DNA from: a virus
Direction: 5' to 3' (one strand)
DNA length: 64,000 nt
IMG/VR virus record: IMGVR_UViG_3300045988_068528
Span: 1-64,000 of that record
The translations under genes and the position numbers were made by a program. This document shows positions 51,179-60,069 of this stretch, piece by piece (position 1 is the stretch's first letter; every line of letters starts with the position of its first letter). The notes beneath the pieces were generated by a model. That model was not told the DNA's origin. It did no database searches and was given only the letters and a program-made list of their open reading frames with translations.

Positions 51179-53910
51179 AATCCTTTTACCTTTTTATTTT
51201 TCTTTTTTGTTAAACTGAATATCATTACGTAGAACCAAGACTCAAAGAAGTCAGGTGAGTGCCCGACATACTTCTTGGCCTTCTTTTTAGGCATAAGTTT
51301 GAATCCCCTATCATCTCCGTCTTCGTCACGTCGGAGCATCTTTCGCTCCTTTTGGAGAATTTGTCTTAGGGGAACTTTATCGAATCCGTCACCCGAATAC
51401 TTTCGTTCCAACAGCTGCGAGTCGATGGATATTTTCTTCTCTTTCACCATCTTGTAGAATAACCAAGCGCATTGAGACTTTAAGTCCTTGTATAAGTACT
51501 TGATTCCTTCCTCTTCTTGGTGATTGGCAGGAATAGGAGCCGCCTGGTTGTTGAATGGAACCGCTTCTTTGAAGAATCCCTTGAAGTACTGCCCTATACC
51601 CTGCATGTCGTATGTGAAGTTACATTCCTCAACACCCCACTCGCGCAATCTTGTCTGGACAACAGAAACGAGCGTCTTGGAGTCGATTCTTGACACGATG
51701 AGGTCTTTGCAATGGTTTCCTTCCCAAAGCCACATCACGAAGTTATCGCCGCCGGTGAAAGCAATATCGGCAGAAGCTCTGCGTTTTCCATCTCCTATCT
51801 GTTCTGCATTGTCGTAGATTTCATCAAGGTCTTCCATCTTGATCATGTCATCGCCGGCAGCCTTCCAGTTCCAGTTGGCTTCCAGGTCTCGCATACGCTG
51901 TTCCTCGTCCTGTTGGGCAAGGTTGGCGAGATATGAGACATCGGTAGAGATAAGCTTAATGTTCTCTGATACGTCAGCGCGAACGAATGTTGCCGACTTG
52001 ATGAACATTTCGAGCTTTGTGTATCCAAGTTCATCGTAGCTGTCCTTCCAGAGGCTATCGATGATGCCCTTGCACTGTTCGTATACCTCTTCTCTTGTGT
52101 TACCCCAGTAGATTGAGTCCGGAGTATCACCATCCATGAAGCAGTAACGGATAACTCCATCTCGCTCCGGTATAATGTATCCATTCTCGTCAACCCACCA
52201 GTCGATGAACTTTCTCACCCAAGATTCCGGGTCCGGGTTACAGGTAATCCAGAAGCGGTTTCGGATATGTGCTGCGTTTCGGTTGTTGGTCAAGAGGTAC
52301 TTGAACTTCTTGTATGGGCACTGAGTACCCTCATCGATGCAGACATAGGCATATTGGCGACCCTGGAATCGTGTTTTGAAGTCCTGATAGGCTCCAGCAT
52401 AGTACGAGAATTTGAGCCATCCTCCGTTATCGAAGTTCCAGGTCATGTCATTTTGTGACTTATTGTAAGTTCCAAATTGGGAGAACAATTTATAAGAGTC
52501 TGTCACCAAGGACTGCAAGTCATCTTTTTCGTTACGAAGAATTGTTGCATGAAAGTCCGGGCTCTTGATATCCTTCAGAACTTCCATAAGGGAAGAGAAG
52601 GACTTGGAATTGTGAGTGACTATGAAGTCTTCCACCATAAACAGAGAATTTGTATTGTTCACTGCAATACAGCAGCACTCCTTCTCTCCTACATATTCAA
52701 AATCAACAATCCTTCTTCCCAGTTCGCTTACGCCGCCATTGTACTCGGTACAAAGCGCCTTCTTACGTGGAAGACGAAATAAGCGTTCTGACTGATTAAT
52801 TCTGATGTAAATATCATAATAATCGCTTGCCTCAATACGCTCTCCATTCTTGGTATAGTGGTTCTCGTACTTATTTATAGTGGCAAGGCCTCCAAGGCTG
52901 TTTACTAAAAACTTAACGTCTTTAGCAAGCTGCTCACTGACTGTCGCAAACGTACAATGTCCACGCTTATCCACAGTACCATCGGTATCCATAAGTCCTT
53001 GAAGGATAGCCCACCTTGTCTCTATAGAGCCAAACTTATAGAAATCGGGAACAGACTTATTGAAAGCGTCGCAGCCGTAGAGCTTTAAACCCTCAAGATC
53101 ATTACGTAATCTCTCATCCTTGATTCTGTAATCACAAGCTATACTGCCTTGTTCTTGTGCATAGTTAGTCATATCGATGCCAGCACTCTCAAACTCTCTC
53201 ACGATATCTTCGTCTGCGCTACAGAGCATGGCATCATAACTTCCATTCTTTATATTTGCGGTTATACATCCATCTCCAAGTATGGCGCCAATAACATAAG
53301 GTGAGCTCGTTGGTTTGTAATGACGATTTCCCCAAGAGCGAGTAAACTTTACAGGCTCACACAAAGGTATGAGCAACTTGCTATTTTTAATCTCGCCAGT
53401 CTTCAGCTTTGCGAGGTGGTCAACAACCATCTGGGTGGTCCATACCCTATAATCATCATTGATAGATAACCCGTTAATGATTCTCTTCTTACTTCTATAA
53501 CAAGTCTTACGTACATTCCAGAGGTGGTCGTATGATGCAATAACTTCAGACCCATCGACAAACTTTAGTTTGTAAGCAGGAAGTTTGCCGTGGTCTTTAC
53601 GATATACGACACGCTGCATTCCACCATCAGTTCCACTGATGATGTCTCCTGCCTTTAAATCCCCGATGCGCCTATAGCCAAATGGTGTAACTACCTTTGT
53701 ATCAACGAGAAGTGGACCGCCTCGCGAGCCGCCAACTATCTTAATATCAGCGTCTATAGACAGCATGCGCTCCTGTCCGCCACGCTGAGCTATAATCTTC
53801 AGCTTGTCGGGATGCTTCTTGTCGGTGTCTCGTAGAGACTGAATATACTCTTGCGTATATACAGGTTCTCCGTTATCCAATTTTAATCCTGAAAATACGT
53901 CTTTTTGCAT
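51160..53910 (-). CDS. terL: terminase large subunit interrupted by an intein
   Basis: The exteins read VGGSRGG / SKSFSS (split P-loop). Other terminase features are YVCIDEG (Walker B), CNPD and the nuclease C-terminal region. Confidence 0.85.
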   Translation of the reverse strand: MQKDVFSGLKLDNGEPVYTQEYIQSLRDTDKKHPDKLKIIAQRGGQERMLSIDADIKIVGGSRGGPLLVDTKVVTPFGYRRIGDLKAGDIISGTDGGMQRVVYRKDHGKLPAYKLKFVDGSEVIASYDHLWNVRKTCYRSKKRIINGLSINDDYRVWTTQMVVDHLAKLKTGEIKNSKLLIPLCEPVKFTRSWGNRHYKPTSSPYVIGAILGDGCITANIKNGSYDAMLCSADEDIVREFESAGIDMTNYAQEQGSIACDYRIKDERLRNDLEGLKLYGCDAFNKSVPDFYKFGSIETRWAILQGLMDTDGTVDKRGHCTFATVSEQLAKDVKFLVNSLGGLATINKYENHYTKNGERIEASDYYDIYIRINQSERLFRLPRKKALCTEYNGGVSELGRRIVDFEYVGEKECCCIAVNNTNSLFMVEDFIVTHNSKSFSSLMEVLKDIKSPDFHATILRNEKDDLQSLVTDSYKLFSQFGTYNKSQNDMTWNFDNGGWLKFSYYAGAYQDFKTRFQGRQYAYVCIDEGTQCPYKKFKYLLTNNRNAAHIRNRFWITCNPDPESWVRKFIDWWVDENGYIIPERDGVIRYCFMDGDTPDSIYWGNTREEVYEQCKGIIDSLWKDSYDELGYTKLEMFIKSATFVRADVSENIKLISTDVSYLANLAQQDEEQRMRDLEANWNWKAAGDDMIKMEDLDEIYDNAEQIGDGKRRASADIAFTGGDNFVMWLWEGNHCKDLIVSRIDSKTLVSVVQTRLREWGVEECNFTYDMQGIGQYFKGFFKEAVPFNNQAAPIPANHQEEEGIKYLYKDLKSQCAWLFYKMVKEKKISIDSQLLERKYSGDGFDKVPLRQILQKERKMLRRDEDGDDRGFKLMPKKKAKKYVGHSPDFFESWFYVMIFSLTKKKNKKVKGLWRLSR
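52609..53715 (-). mobile_element. intein (369 aa) with a LAGLIDADG homing-endonuclease domain inserted in the terminase P-loop
   Basis: It begins PLLVDTKVVTP, ends FIVTHN followed by +1 Ser, and carries the LAGLIDADG motifs VIGAILGDGC and ILQGLMDTDGTV. Confidence 0.75.
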
Positions 53911-53930
53911 AAATATTCATTTTAATACTG

Positions 53931-53978
53931 CAAATATACAATTTTTCTTTGATAATTGCATATTTATTCATATATTTG
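53931..53978. promoter_or_regulatory. divergent late promoters: TATATTTG on the minus strand (53931-38, toward terL) and TATATTTG on the plus strand (53971-78, toward the scaffold/capsid operon)
   Basis: Two exact TAnnTTTG boxes lie back to back. Confidence 0.55.
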
Positions 53979-54055
53979 CAAAATAAAAGGTATATTTATA
54001 CGTTTTCGAGGTGGAGGGACCACTTTCGGGATAACATTTTAAATCAACAAACAAC

Positions 54056-54751
54056 ATGACAAGAGAGGAACTCTTAGCATTAGTGAACAAGGAGGTTGAT
54101 ACCACCAAGTTCAAAGAACTTAGCCAAAAGACCATCAATGAGGAACTTGATGATGTTTTGGAAGATTTCGGTGATGACGAGGAAGCAAATTCCAAGTTGG
54201 TTACCAAGTTAGCAAACCGTCTGAAGCGTATCAACGGCAACTTGCACAAGAATATCTCTGACGAGGTAAAGAAGAGCAAGGAGGAGGCTGAACGCAAGAA
54301 GAAGGAAGAGGAAGAGGAGCGCAAGCGTAAGGAGGCTGACAAGAATGACGATCCTGACGACAAATACAACGAGCTTCTCAAAGAAATCAAAGCCCTCAAG
54401 GAAGCTAACGCAGAAAGAGACAAGAAGGCTGCAAGGAAGGCAACCATCGAGTCTGTAAAGGCAGGTTTGAAGGATAAGTTCGACAAGGCAAACCTTGAAT
54501 TGAACGACTTTTTCCTCGATACTGCACTCTCTAAGCTGGAGATACCAGACGATGCAGATGTTGTCGAATTGGTGTCAAAGGCTGAAAATATCTATACTGC
54601 CGACTACAAGCGTGCTAACGGTGGAAATGCTGTACCACGAAAGGGTTCTAGTGCTTCTTCTGGTGAGGAAAAGAAACTCGACGAGCATGAATGGGACGAC
54701 ATTAAGGATATTTGCAAGGACAGAGCTACAAAGGCGACTGTCAAGAAATAA
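54056..54751 (+). CDS. capsid scaffolding protein (putative)
   Basis: 231 aa, highly charged K/E coiled coil, immediately upstream of the capsid genes. Confidence 0.6.
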   Translation: MTREELLALVNKEVDTTKFKELSQKTINEELDDVLEDFGDDEEANSKLVTKLANRLKRINGNLHKNISDEVKKSKEEAERKKKEEEEERKRKEADKNDDPDDKYNELLKEIKALKEANAERDKKAARKATIESVKAGLKDKFDKANLELNDFFLDTALSKLEIPDDADVVELVSKAENIYTADYKRANGGNAVPRKGSSASSGEEKKLDEHEWDDIKDICKDRATKATVKK

Positions 54752-54784
54752 TTCAGGATAACATTTAATTAAGGTAAAAAGATT

Positions 54785-55546
54785 ATGCAGTACAGCAATT
54801 ATTACGACCAGATGAACGCACAGGGTGCGGTATTCAATGGAGCGGTGCTCTTGCAGGCATCGGCTGAGATTGGCGGTCAGAAGCATGTGTACTTCAATCT
54901 TAAAGGTGCTGTTAAGGAAGCTTTCAGGTACCCTCCTATCGGTGGTATCATTGCTAATCCGTTCCCTGGCCCTGCTAAGATCTATGCAGGCGACCTCGTT
55001 GAGCATAGCCTTGGCTTTGCAGACAACAAGGGTGGCACTATTAAGATTCTGAAGTCTTACGCAGTTGCTAAGGCAACAAGTGCCGCTGACACAGACATCT
55101 ACATCGTTCGTGACGGCTACCATCACATCCCATTTATTGGCGATAAAATCATGGTAGGCCAGAAGGATTTCAAGACAAAGGGAACTGGTGTTTCTGTCAC
55201 AGCTGTTGAGGCGACAACCGATTCCACAGCAGGTGATGTTTGGAAACTTACACTGTCTGCCGCTTTGGGTGCATTGACAGTTGGTCAGGTGCTCGTCGAG
55301 GCTGCTGCGGTAGGTTCTACACTCCCTGTAGTGACAAATCCTAACTGTTTTGCTCCTCACGACTACGACATGCCGTTCTACACTCTTCCTGGTAGCGATG
55401 AGTTCGAGAAGCCTCGCCTGATGTTTACACCATGCTTACTTGGACCGGATGCGATTTTCATCAAGGACAGAATGAGCCCTCTTCCACCTGCTGTGGAGGC
55501 TATGAATATCAGTCGTTACCCAGAGTTATTCTACACGAACTACTAA
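54785..55546 (+). CDS. structural protein, hypothetical (capsid-associated by position)
   Basis: 253-aa ORF between the scaffold and major capsid genes. Confidence 0.5.
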   Translation: MQYSNYYDQMNAQGAVFNGAVLLQASAEIGGQKHVYFNLKGAVKEAFRYPPIGGIIANPFPGPAKIYAGDLVEHSLGFADNKGGTIKILKSYAVAKATSAADTDIYIVRDGYHHIPFIGDKIMVGQKDFKTKGTGVSVTAVEATTDSTAGDVWKLTLSAALGALTVGQVLVEAAAVGSTLPVVTNPNCFAPHDYDMPFYTLPGSDEFEKPRLMFTPCLLGPDAIFIKDRMSPLPPAVEAMNISRYPELFYTNY

Positions 55547-55575
55547 TTGTTTAACTATTAGATTGTATTTAGGAT

Positions 55576-56751
55576 ATGCCAAAGTTTAATATTGAAAATT
55601 CGAGGATGGCGAAGTTCTTCTCTAGTAAGGACAACACCAAATACCTCCAGAAGTTTCTTGATGAAAAGGACATCTTTCACGTAAACTACGGCTGGTGGAA
55701 GACACAGGGACGTATTGCTGCGGACCTGACACCGACCAACAGAAAGGGTGTTGCGACATTCACTGTCGAGGCAAAGAAACTTCGTGCCGCTACATTGGCT
55801 AACATGCGTGCTCCTTTGGCTGGTTCTTTCCAGAAGGATAAGGGTGGCTTGCAGGTTTACTCTGCAACAATTCCAGACTTTATCACAGACGGTATCTACC
55901 AGAATGCAGAGGAACGTGAGTATTTGATGAACCAGTTTGAAGAGTTCGGTAATGACCGTGATGTCGTTATGGAATGGACTGATCAGGTTCAGGAGTTGAT
56001 GGACTCCGTTGATACCACTATGAACTTCATGACAGCGAAGCTTGCTTCTACCGGTAAGCTTGACTACACCGGTATCGGTCGCGGTATTCAGGCTCCAATC
56101 CACAAGACAAATATGCCTGCCGATAACTTCAAGAATGGCGGTAAGGTTGCTTGGGCTGATGAGACCTGTGATATTCTTGAACAGATGCGAGTTCTTGAAG
56201 AGAGCTGGCGTAAAACATTCAATCGTAAGGGTCAGCCTCTCGTTTGGCAGATGACCGTCAACACCTTCTTCAATGTGTTCTTGAAGAACAAGCAGATTAA
56301 GGAGTTGTGGATCAACTGGTGTAAAGCTCACTATGTAGCTTACGTTGAGGATTATGGTGTGAACCAGGATATGTTCCTGAAGGCATTCGGTGACATCCAG
56401 GGTCTTTCTCCTATCGAGCTTGTAGAAGAGGAAGAAACTACTATTCTCTTCGATGGTACACAGAAGACAGAACAGGCTTGGTCAGACAACATCGTTGTTC
56501 TTCGTCCTCGTGGTAACGCTTTTGAGTTCGAGCACAAGGAGATCAAGGATAAGAAGATGTTCGAGAAGTGGGGTAACAAACTTGTTGACAAGGTGTTCGC
56601 AACAACCAACGACGGTCTTGGTTTGCTTGCCAACACAACAATCGCCAACGGTGATTACCTGGAGTGGCATACAGACTTGATGTTTGCTGCTGTTCCAGCT
56701 ATGCTCGACTTCCCTTACCGTTGGATTATCGACATCACCAAGAAGGGTTAA
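55576..56751 (+). CDS. major capsid protein (lambda gpE-like family by resemblance)
   Basis: 391 aa. Position and sequence character support the call; the minus-strand ORFs overlapping it are shadow ORFs. Confidence 0.7.
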   Translation: MPKFNIENSRMAKFFSSKDNTKYLQKFLDEKDIFHVNYGWWKTQGRIAADLTPTNRKGVATFTVEAKKLRAATLANMRAPLAGSFQKDKGGLQVYSATIPDFITDGIYQNAEEREYLMNQFEEFGNDRDVVMEWTDQVQELMDSVDTTMNFMTAKLASTGKLDYTGIGRGIQAPIHKTNMPADNFKNGGKVAWADETCDILEQMRVLEESWRKTFNRKGQPLVWQMTVNTFFNVFLKNKQIKELWINWCKAHYVAYVEDYGVNQDMFLKAFGDIQGLSPIELVEEEETTILFDGTQKTEQAWSDNIVVLRPRGNAFEFEHKEIKDKKMFEKWGNKLVDKVFATTNDGLGLLANTTIANGDYLEWHTDLMFAAVPAMLDFPYRWIIDITKKG

Positions 56752-56773
56752 TTCTTTAACGTAACTAGATTGT

Positions 56774-57208
56774 ATGACTATGGATTCGGAGATGAACATT
56801 TACACTGTGAACGACTACCTTATTAATAAGGTGAAGTTCGAGATGCCGATGAAGGCTCTGCTGGGCATCATGCACGACAGGGAGCTTGAAAACGGCATCG
56901 ACCTCAAAGCCTGCGACAAGGACAAGGTGAGACTTGCCTATGCCGATATGCTGAAATGGTTTGTTCTTGGTCCGAGCAAGGTGAACAACACCTCCGATTC
57001 CGATAACGGATGGACTCATTCGGGAGGTGGCTACGACATGTCGGACAACGACAGGAGCGAGATGAAGGCAGAGGCTAACGCTATATATGCGGAGCTGGAG
57101 CCTGATTCGATGCTCAAGAAGAAGTCCACCTTCCGGGTGACCTCCCACGGAGTAAAGAGGGCGAATTATTCTCCTTGGGGAGAACCTCTCCCTCACATCA
57201 TCAAATAA
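56774..57208 (+). CDS. head-tail connector region protein, hypothetical
   Basis: 144-aa ORF. Confidence 0.5.
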   Translation: MTMDSEMNIYTVNDYLINKVKFEMPMKALLGIMHDRELENGIDLKACDKDKVRLAYADMLKWFVLGPSKVNNTSDSDNGWTHSGGGYDMSDNDRSEMKAEANAIYAELEPDSMLKKKSTFRVTSHGVKRANYSPWGEPLPHIIK

Positions 57209-57213
57209 GGCGT

Positions 57214-57591
57214 ATGGAAAAGGAAAACATCAGAAACCCAAGATACCCTCACATCATCAAGATCGTGAGGAAGGTCGTCGGAAAAGCCGACCCTGATGAC
57301 CCGTTCGCCGATGATGATGCTCCAGTTGGTGAGGACAAGGAAATCATTCTCTACTATGGCGAAGGCCGCAGCTACACCGATACCACAACAGAGGGAGACA
57401 AGAACGTCGACCAGAACAAGAGGAAGGCATCGATTCCTGTCAGATATGACGAATGGGATGCCGGCAGATGTCCTCTTGACGGTGACACCATCTACTCCAC
57501 TGTCGGAAACAACACCGAGATAGGTATGGTAAAGGACTGCGAGCCGGATAATAACAGGACGGTCGTTTACTGGAATCTCACTAGGGTTTAG
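57214..57591 (+). CDS. head-tail connector region protein, hypothetical (start at MEKENIR)
   Basis: The first ATG after the previous stop. Confidence 0.5.
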   Translation: MEKENIRNPRYPHIIKIVRKVVGKADPDDPFADDDAPVGEDKEIILYYGEGRSYTDTTTEGDKNVDQNKRKASIPVRYDEWDAGRCPLDGDTIYSTVGNNTEIGMVKDCEPDNNRTVVYWNLTRV

Positions 57592-57594
57592 GTT

Positions 57595-58167
57595 ATGGCA
57601 AAATACTTTAGCGGAAAGCGTCTTTCTCTTGGAGCGCAGTTCGAGCATCAGATTAAGCCAAGGGTTGAAAAGCTGGCGTATGACAAGATGCTTGCGATTA
57701 TGCAGGAACTTGCTCACAGAACCGTCAACTATTTCAAAGAGAACAGGAAGTTCTACAACATCACCGGTAACGCCTATACCTCGTTCTATGCAGCAGTGTA
57801 TTACAAAGGAAAGCTCATTTACATGGTGCGTGCCTCGAAGGGTGAAAAAGCACCAACGAGAGTAACCCTGGCGGAAGGAGAGAGATACAATCTCCCGTTC
57901 TACTACGACGGAGGAGAGAACAAAGGCTACACCGGTTCAGTCGGTGGCGGTCACCAGTGGGGTCCAAACCTTATCTACGGACGTATTGGAAAGGTGAAAT
58001 CTACCGGGAAAGACTGGGCACTCGTTGCGATATGTCCTGTTGAATATGCAGTATTCGATAATGAGAACCGCATTTTCGAGACAGTTTACAACACATACGA
58101 GTCTCTTCCAGATATGTTCGATGCCTGCGTAGTGTACGCCAATAGTTCAACTTTTAACAAACTGTAA
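57595..58167 (+). CDS. head-tail joining or tail completion protein, hypothetical
   Basis: 190-aa ORF. Confidence 0.5.
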   Translation: MAKYFSGKRLSLGAQFEHQIKPRVEKLAYDKMLAIMQELAHRTVNYFKENRKFYNITGNAYTSFYAAVYYKGKLIYMVRASKGEKAPTRVTLAEGERYNLPFYYDGGENKGYTGSVGGGHQWGPNLIYGRIGKVKSTGKDWALVAICPVEYAVFDNENRIFETVYNTYESLPDMFDACVVYANSSTFNKL

Positions 58168-58170
58168 GCT

Positions 58171-58578
58171 ATGGTAGATATCAAGCAGATATATTTCGAC
58201 ATAGGAAACGCCGTAAAGGGTATATGCGACAAGGTGTATCCCAGGAATCGTCCTAAGGCTGTGGATACCAAAATAGGTAGCTACATCGTCGTAAGTGCTC
58301 CGTACACAATCAGGAACAACGAGATGAACTACGATGGCTCCTACAACTACTATACTACCACTATCCAGATAGAGGTGTATGTAAGAGATAAGGCCTCCTC
58401 GGCGAATCCGAATGGTTTCAGTCCTGCGGAAATGGATAAGAAAGTCAAGGCAGTCCTCGAAAGATTCCCGATTTCTACAGACAACATCATCGTTACCAGG
58501 CCGAACGTTGCTATCCAGGCTGACGACGGCGCAGGTTTTTCCGTGACAATCATACAGGGAAGGTTACGTACTAGATAA
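58171..58578 (+). CDS. tail-associated protein, hypothetical
   Basis: 135-aa ORF. Confidence 0.5.
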   Translation: MVDIKQIYFDIGNAVKGICDKVYPRNRPKAVDTKIGSYIVVSAPYTIRNNEMNYDGSYNYYTTTIQIEVYVRDKASSANPNGFSPAEMDKKVKAVLERFPISTDNIIVTRPNVAIQADDGAGFSVTIIQGRLRTR

Positions 58579-58613
58579 GTATTCAGGTATAACAATTTAA
58601 AATATTTTAGATT

Positions 58614-59219
58614 ATGGCTATGACAACTATTGACAAGATGAAGGACATTTTCAATGGTCCTAAGACTCTGCTCTACTCAAAGGCTATTACCGATTTGAGC
58701 AAGGCTACAGTTGACATCACCCCAGAGGTCGAGCTTCCGGTTACCGTTGACTCGCTGAAGGCGACTATGGATGACCCAACCATCAACCACTACAAGGTTA
58801 TCGGTCTTGCTGGTGACTGGGCAACTACCGCAGAGCTCGGCGACTTCAATGTAGAGTTCGTTGTTCCTTCAAAGGCAAAGGACTTGCTGACAATTATGTT
58901 CGGCGAGGATGCTATCACAGAGCTGACAAAGGTTACTCTGAAGGGTACAGGTGACGCTACCCTCGACGCTACTACCGGCTTTACAGGTATCGCTGTTGAG
59001 CCTAAGAAGTTCAAGATCAAGGGCACTATCGTTATCGTTGACGACGAGAAGGAGAACCTCATGGTTATTACCAACATCGCTCTCTACGCTACATTGCAGT
59101 GGGATAACTCCGGTACTGAACCAGTTGCGTTTAAGTTCTCAGGTTCTATCGAGGGTGCAGGTAAGCGTAGCATCGCTTGGCTTACTAAGGCTCCTGCTAC
59201 TGGTGACCTCGGCGGTTAA
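58614..59219 (+). CDS. major tail (tube) protein, putative
   Basis: 201 aa, beta-rich, located directly upstream of the chaperone and tape-measure genes. Confidence 0.6.
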   Translation: MAMTTIDKMKDIFNGPKTLLYSKAITDLSKATVDITPEVELPVTVDSLKATMDDPTINHYKVIGLAGDWATTAELGDFNVEFVVPSKAKDLLTIMFGEDAITELTKVTLKGTGDATLDATTGFTGIAVEPKKFKIKGTIVIVDDEKENLMVITNIALYATLQWDNSGTEPVAFKFSGSIEGAGKRSIAWLTKAPATGDLGG

Positions 59220-59323
59220 TCAAGTAAAGGCTTCTTTAGGTAATTAGATTCAGGATAACAAACCGTAGGGCGGCAGGCTAATCAACAGCCGTGCCGCCCT
59301 TCTTCATTTAATAGCATACAATC

Positions 59324-59782
59324 ATGGCAGAAGAAAAGAAAATAGAGCAGCCTTCAGTGGACTTGCAGGAGTTGCTTGACAGCGTGCTGCACGACGAGCC
59401 TACCGAGTTCGTGTTCCGTGGAAAGAAGCACAAGATCGGCTGGCTTCGCAAGGGAACCATGAGCAGGTGTTCCCACATCAGGTCAAAGGAGAAGAACGAA
59501 TGGAAGCGCAACGTCAAGATTTGTGTCTGCATTCTCCTCAACAACATCTGGAAGATTCGATTCCTGTATTGGATCTACTGGCGCTGGCTCTACTACATCA
59601 AGGATGTGGATATAGCCGATGTGCTGAGAGTCCTCGATGTTTCTAAAAAAAAAATTCCATCGAACGCATTCTCACTGGCTACCATATTAGCGACCGGGAT
59701 GACGGACGTGATGATGACGATGACGAGGAGCGAAGCAAAAGCTATCCAAGCAGAACCAGCTGGGGAGCAGCCTTCTCACTAG
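59324..59782 (+). CDS. tail assembly chaperone (G-like, zero-frame product)
   Basis: 152-aa ORF immediately upstream of the tape measure gene. Confidence 0.65.
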   Translation: MAEEKKIEQPSVDLQELLDSVLHDEPTEFVFRGKKHKIGWLRKGTMSRCSHIRSKEKNEWKRNVKICVCILLNNIWKIRFLYWIYWRWLYYIKDVDIADVLRVLDVSKKKIPSNAFSLATILATGMTDVMMTMTRSEAKAIQAEPAGEQPSH

Positions 59783-60051
59783 CGGAGAAGTTCGGTTTCC
59801 TCTTTCAGCGCAAGTACTTCATTGCAGCCTACGACTACTGGTGGGGCTATTCATCAGCGCAGATTGATCTCATGGTTGCAGACCAGCCTCTTGTCGTCTA
59901 TCCAAAGACCAAGAAGGAAGGCGGTCCGAAGAAGCATACCAAGAAGGAGATGGATGACCTCTACGACAGATGGATGGAAAAGAAAAAGAATGAGGGAAGC
60001 CTCATCGGCAAGAAGATTAGTCTTGCAGATTACTTAAACAATAAACTCTAA
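59324..60051 (+). CDS. tail assembly chaperone, -1 frameshift fusion product (GT-like)
   Basis: The -1 frame encodes ...AEKFGFLFQRKYFIAAYDYWWGYSSAQIDLMVADQPL...KISLADYLNNKL with no start codon of its own. Confidence 0.55.
59645..59654 (+). promoter_or_regulatory. A10 slippery run for a programmed -1 ribosomal frameshift
   Basis: The zero frame reads S-K-K-K-I. The -1 frame stays open from here to the TAA at 60049-60051. Confidence 0.6.
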
Positions 60052-60069
60052 TTTTAAAAATATTCAGGA

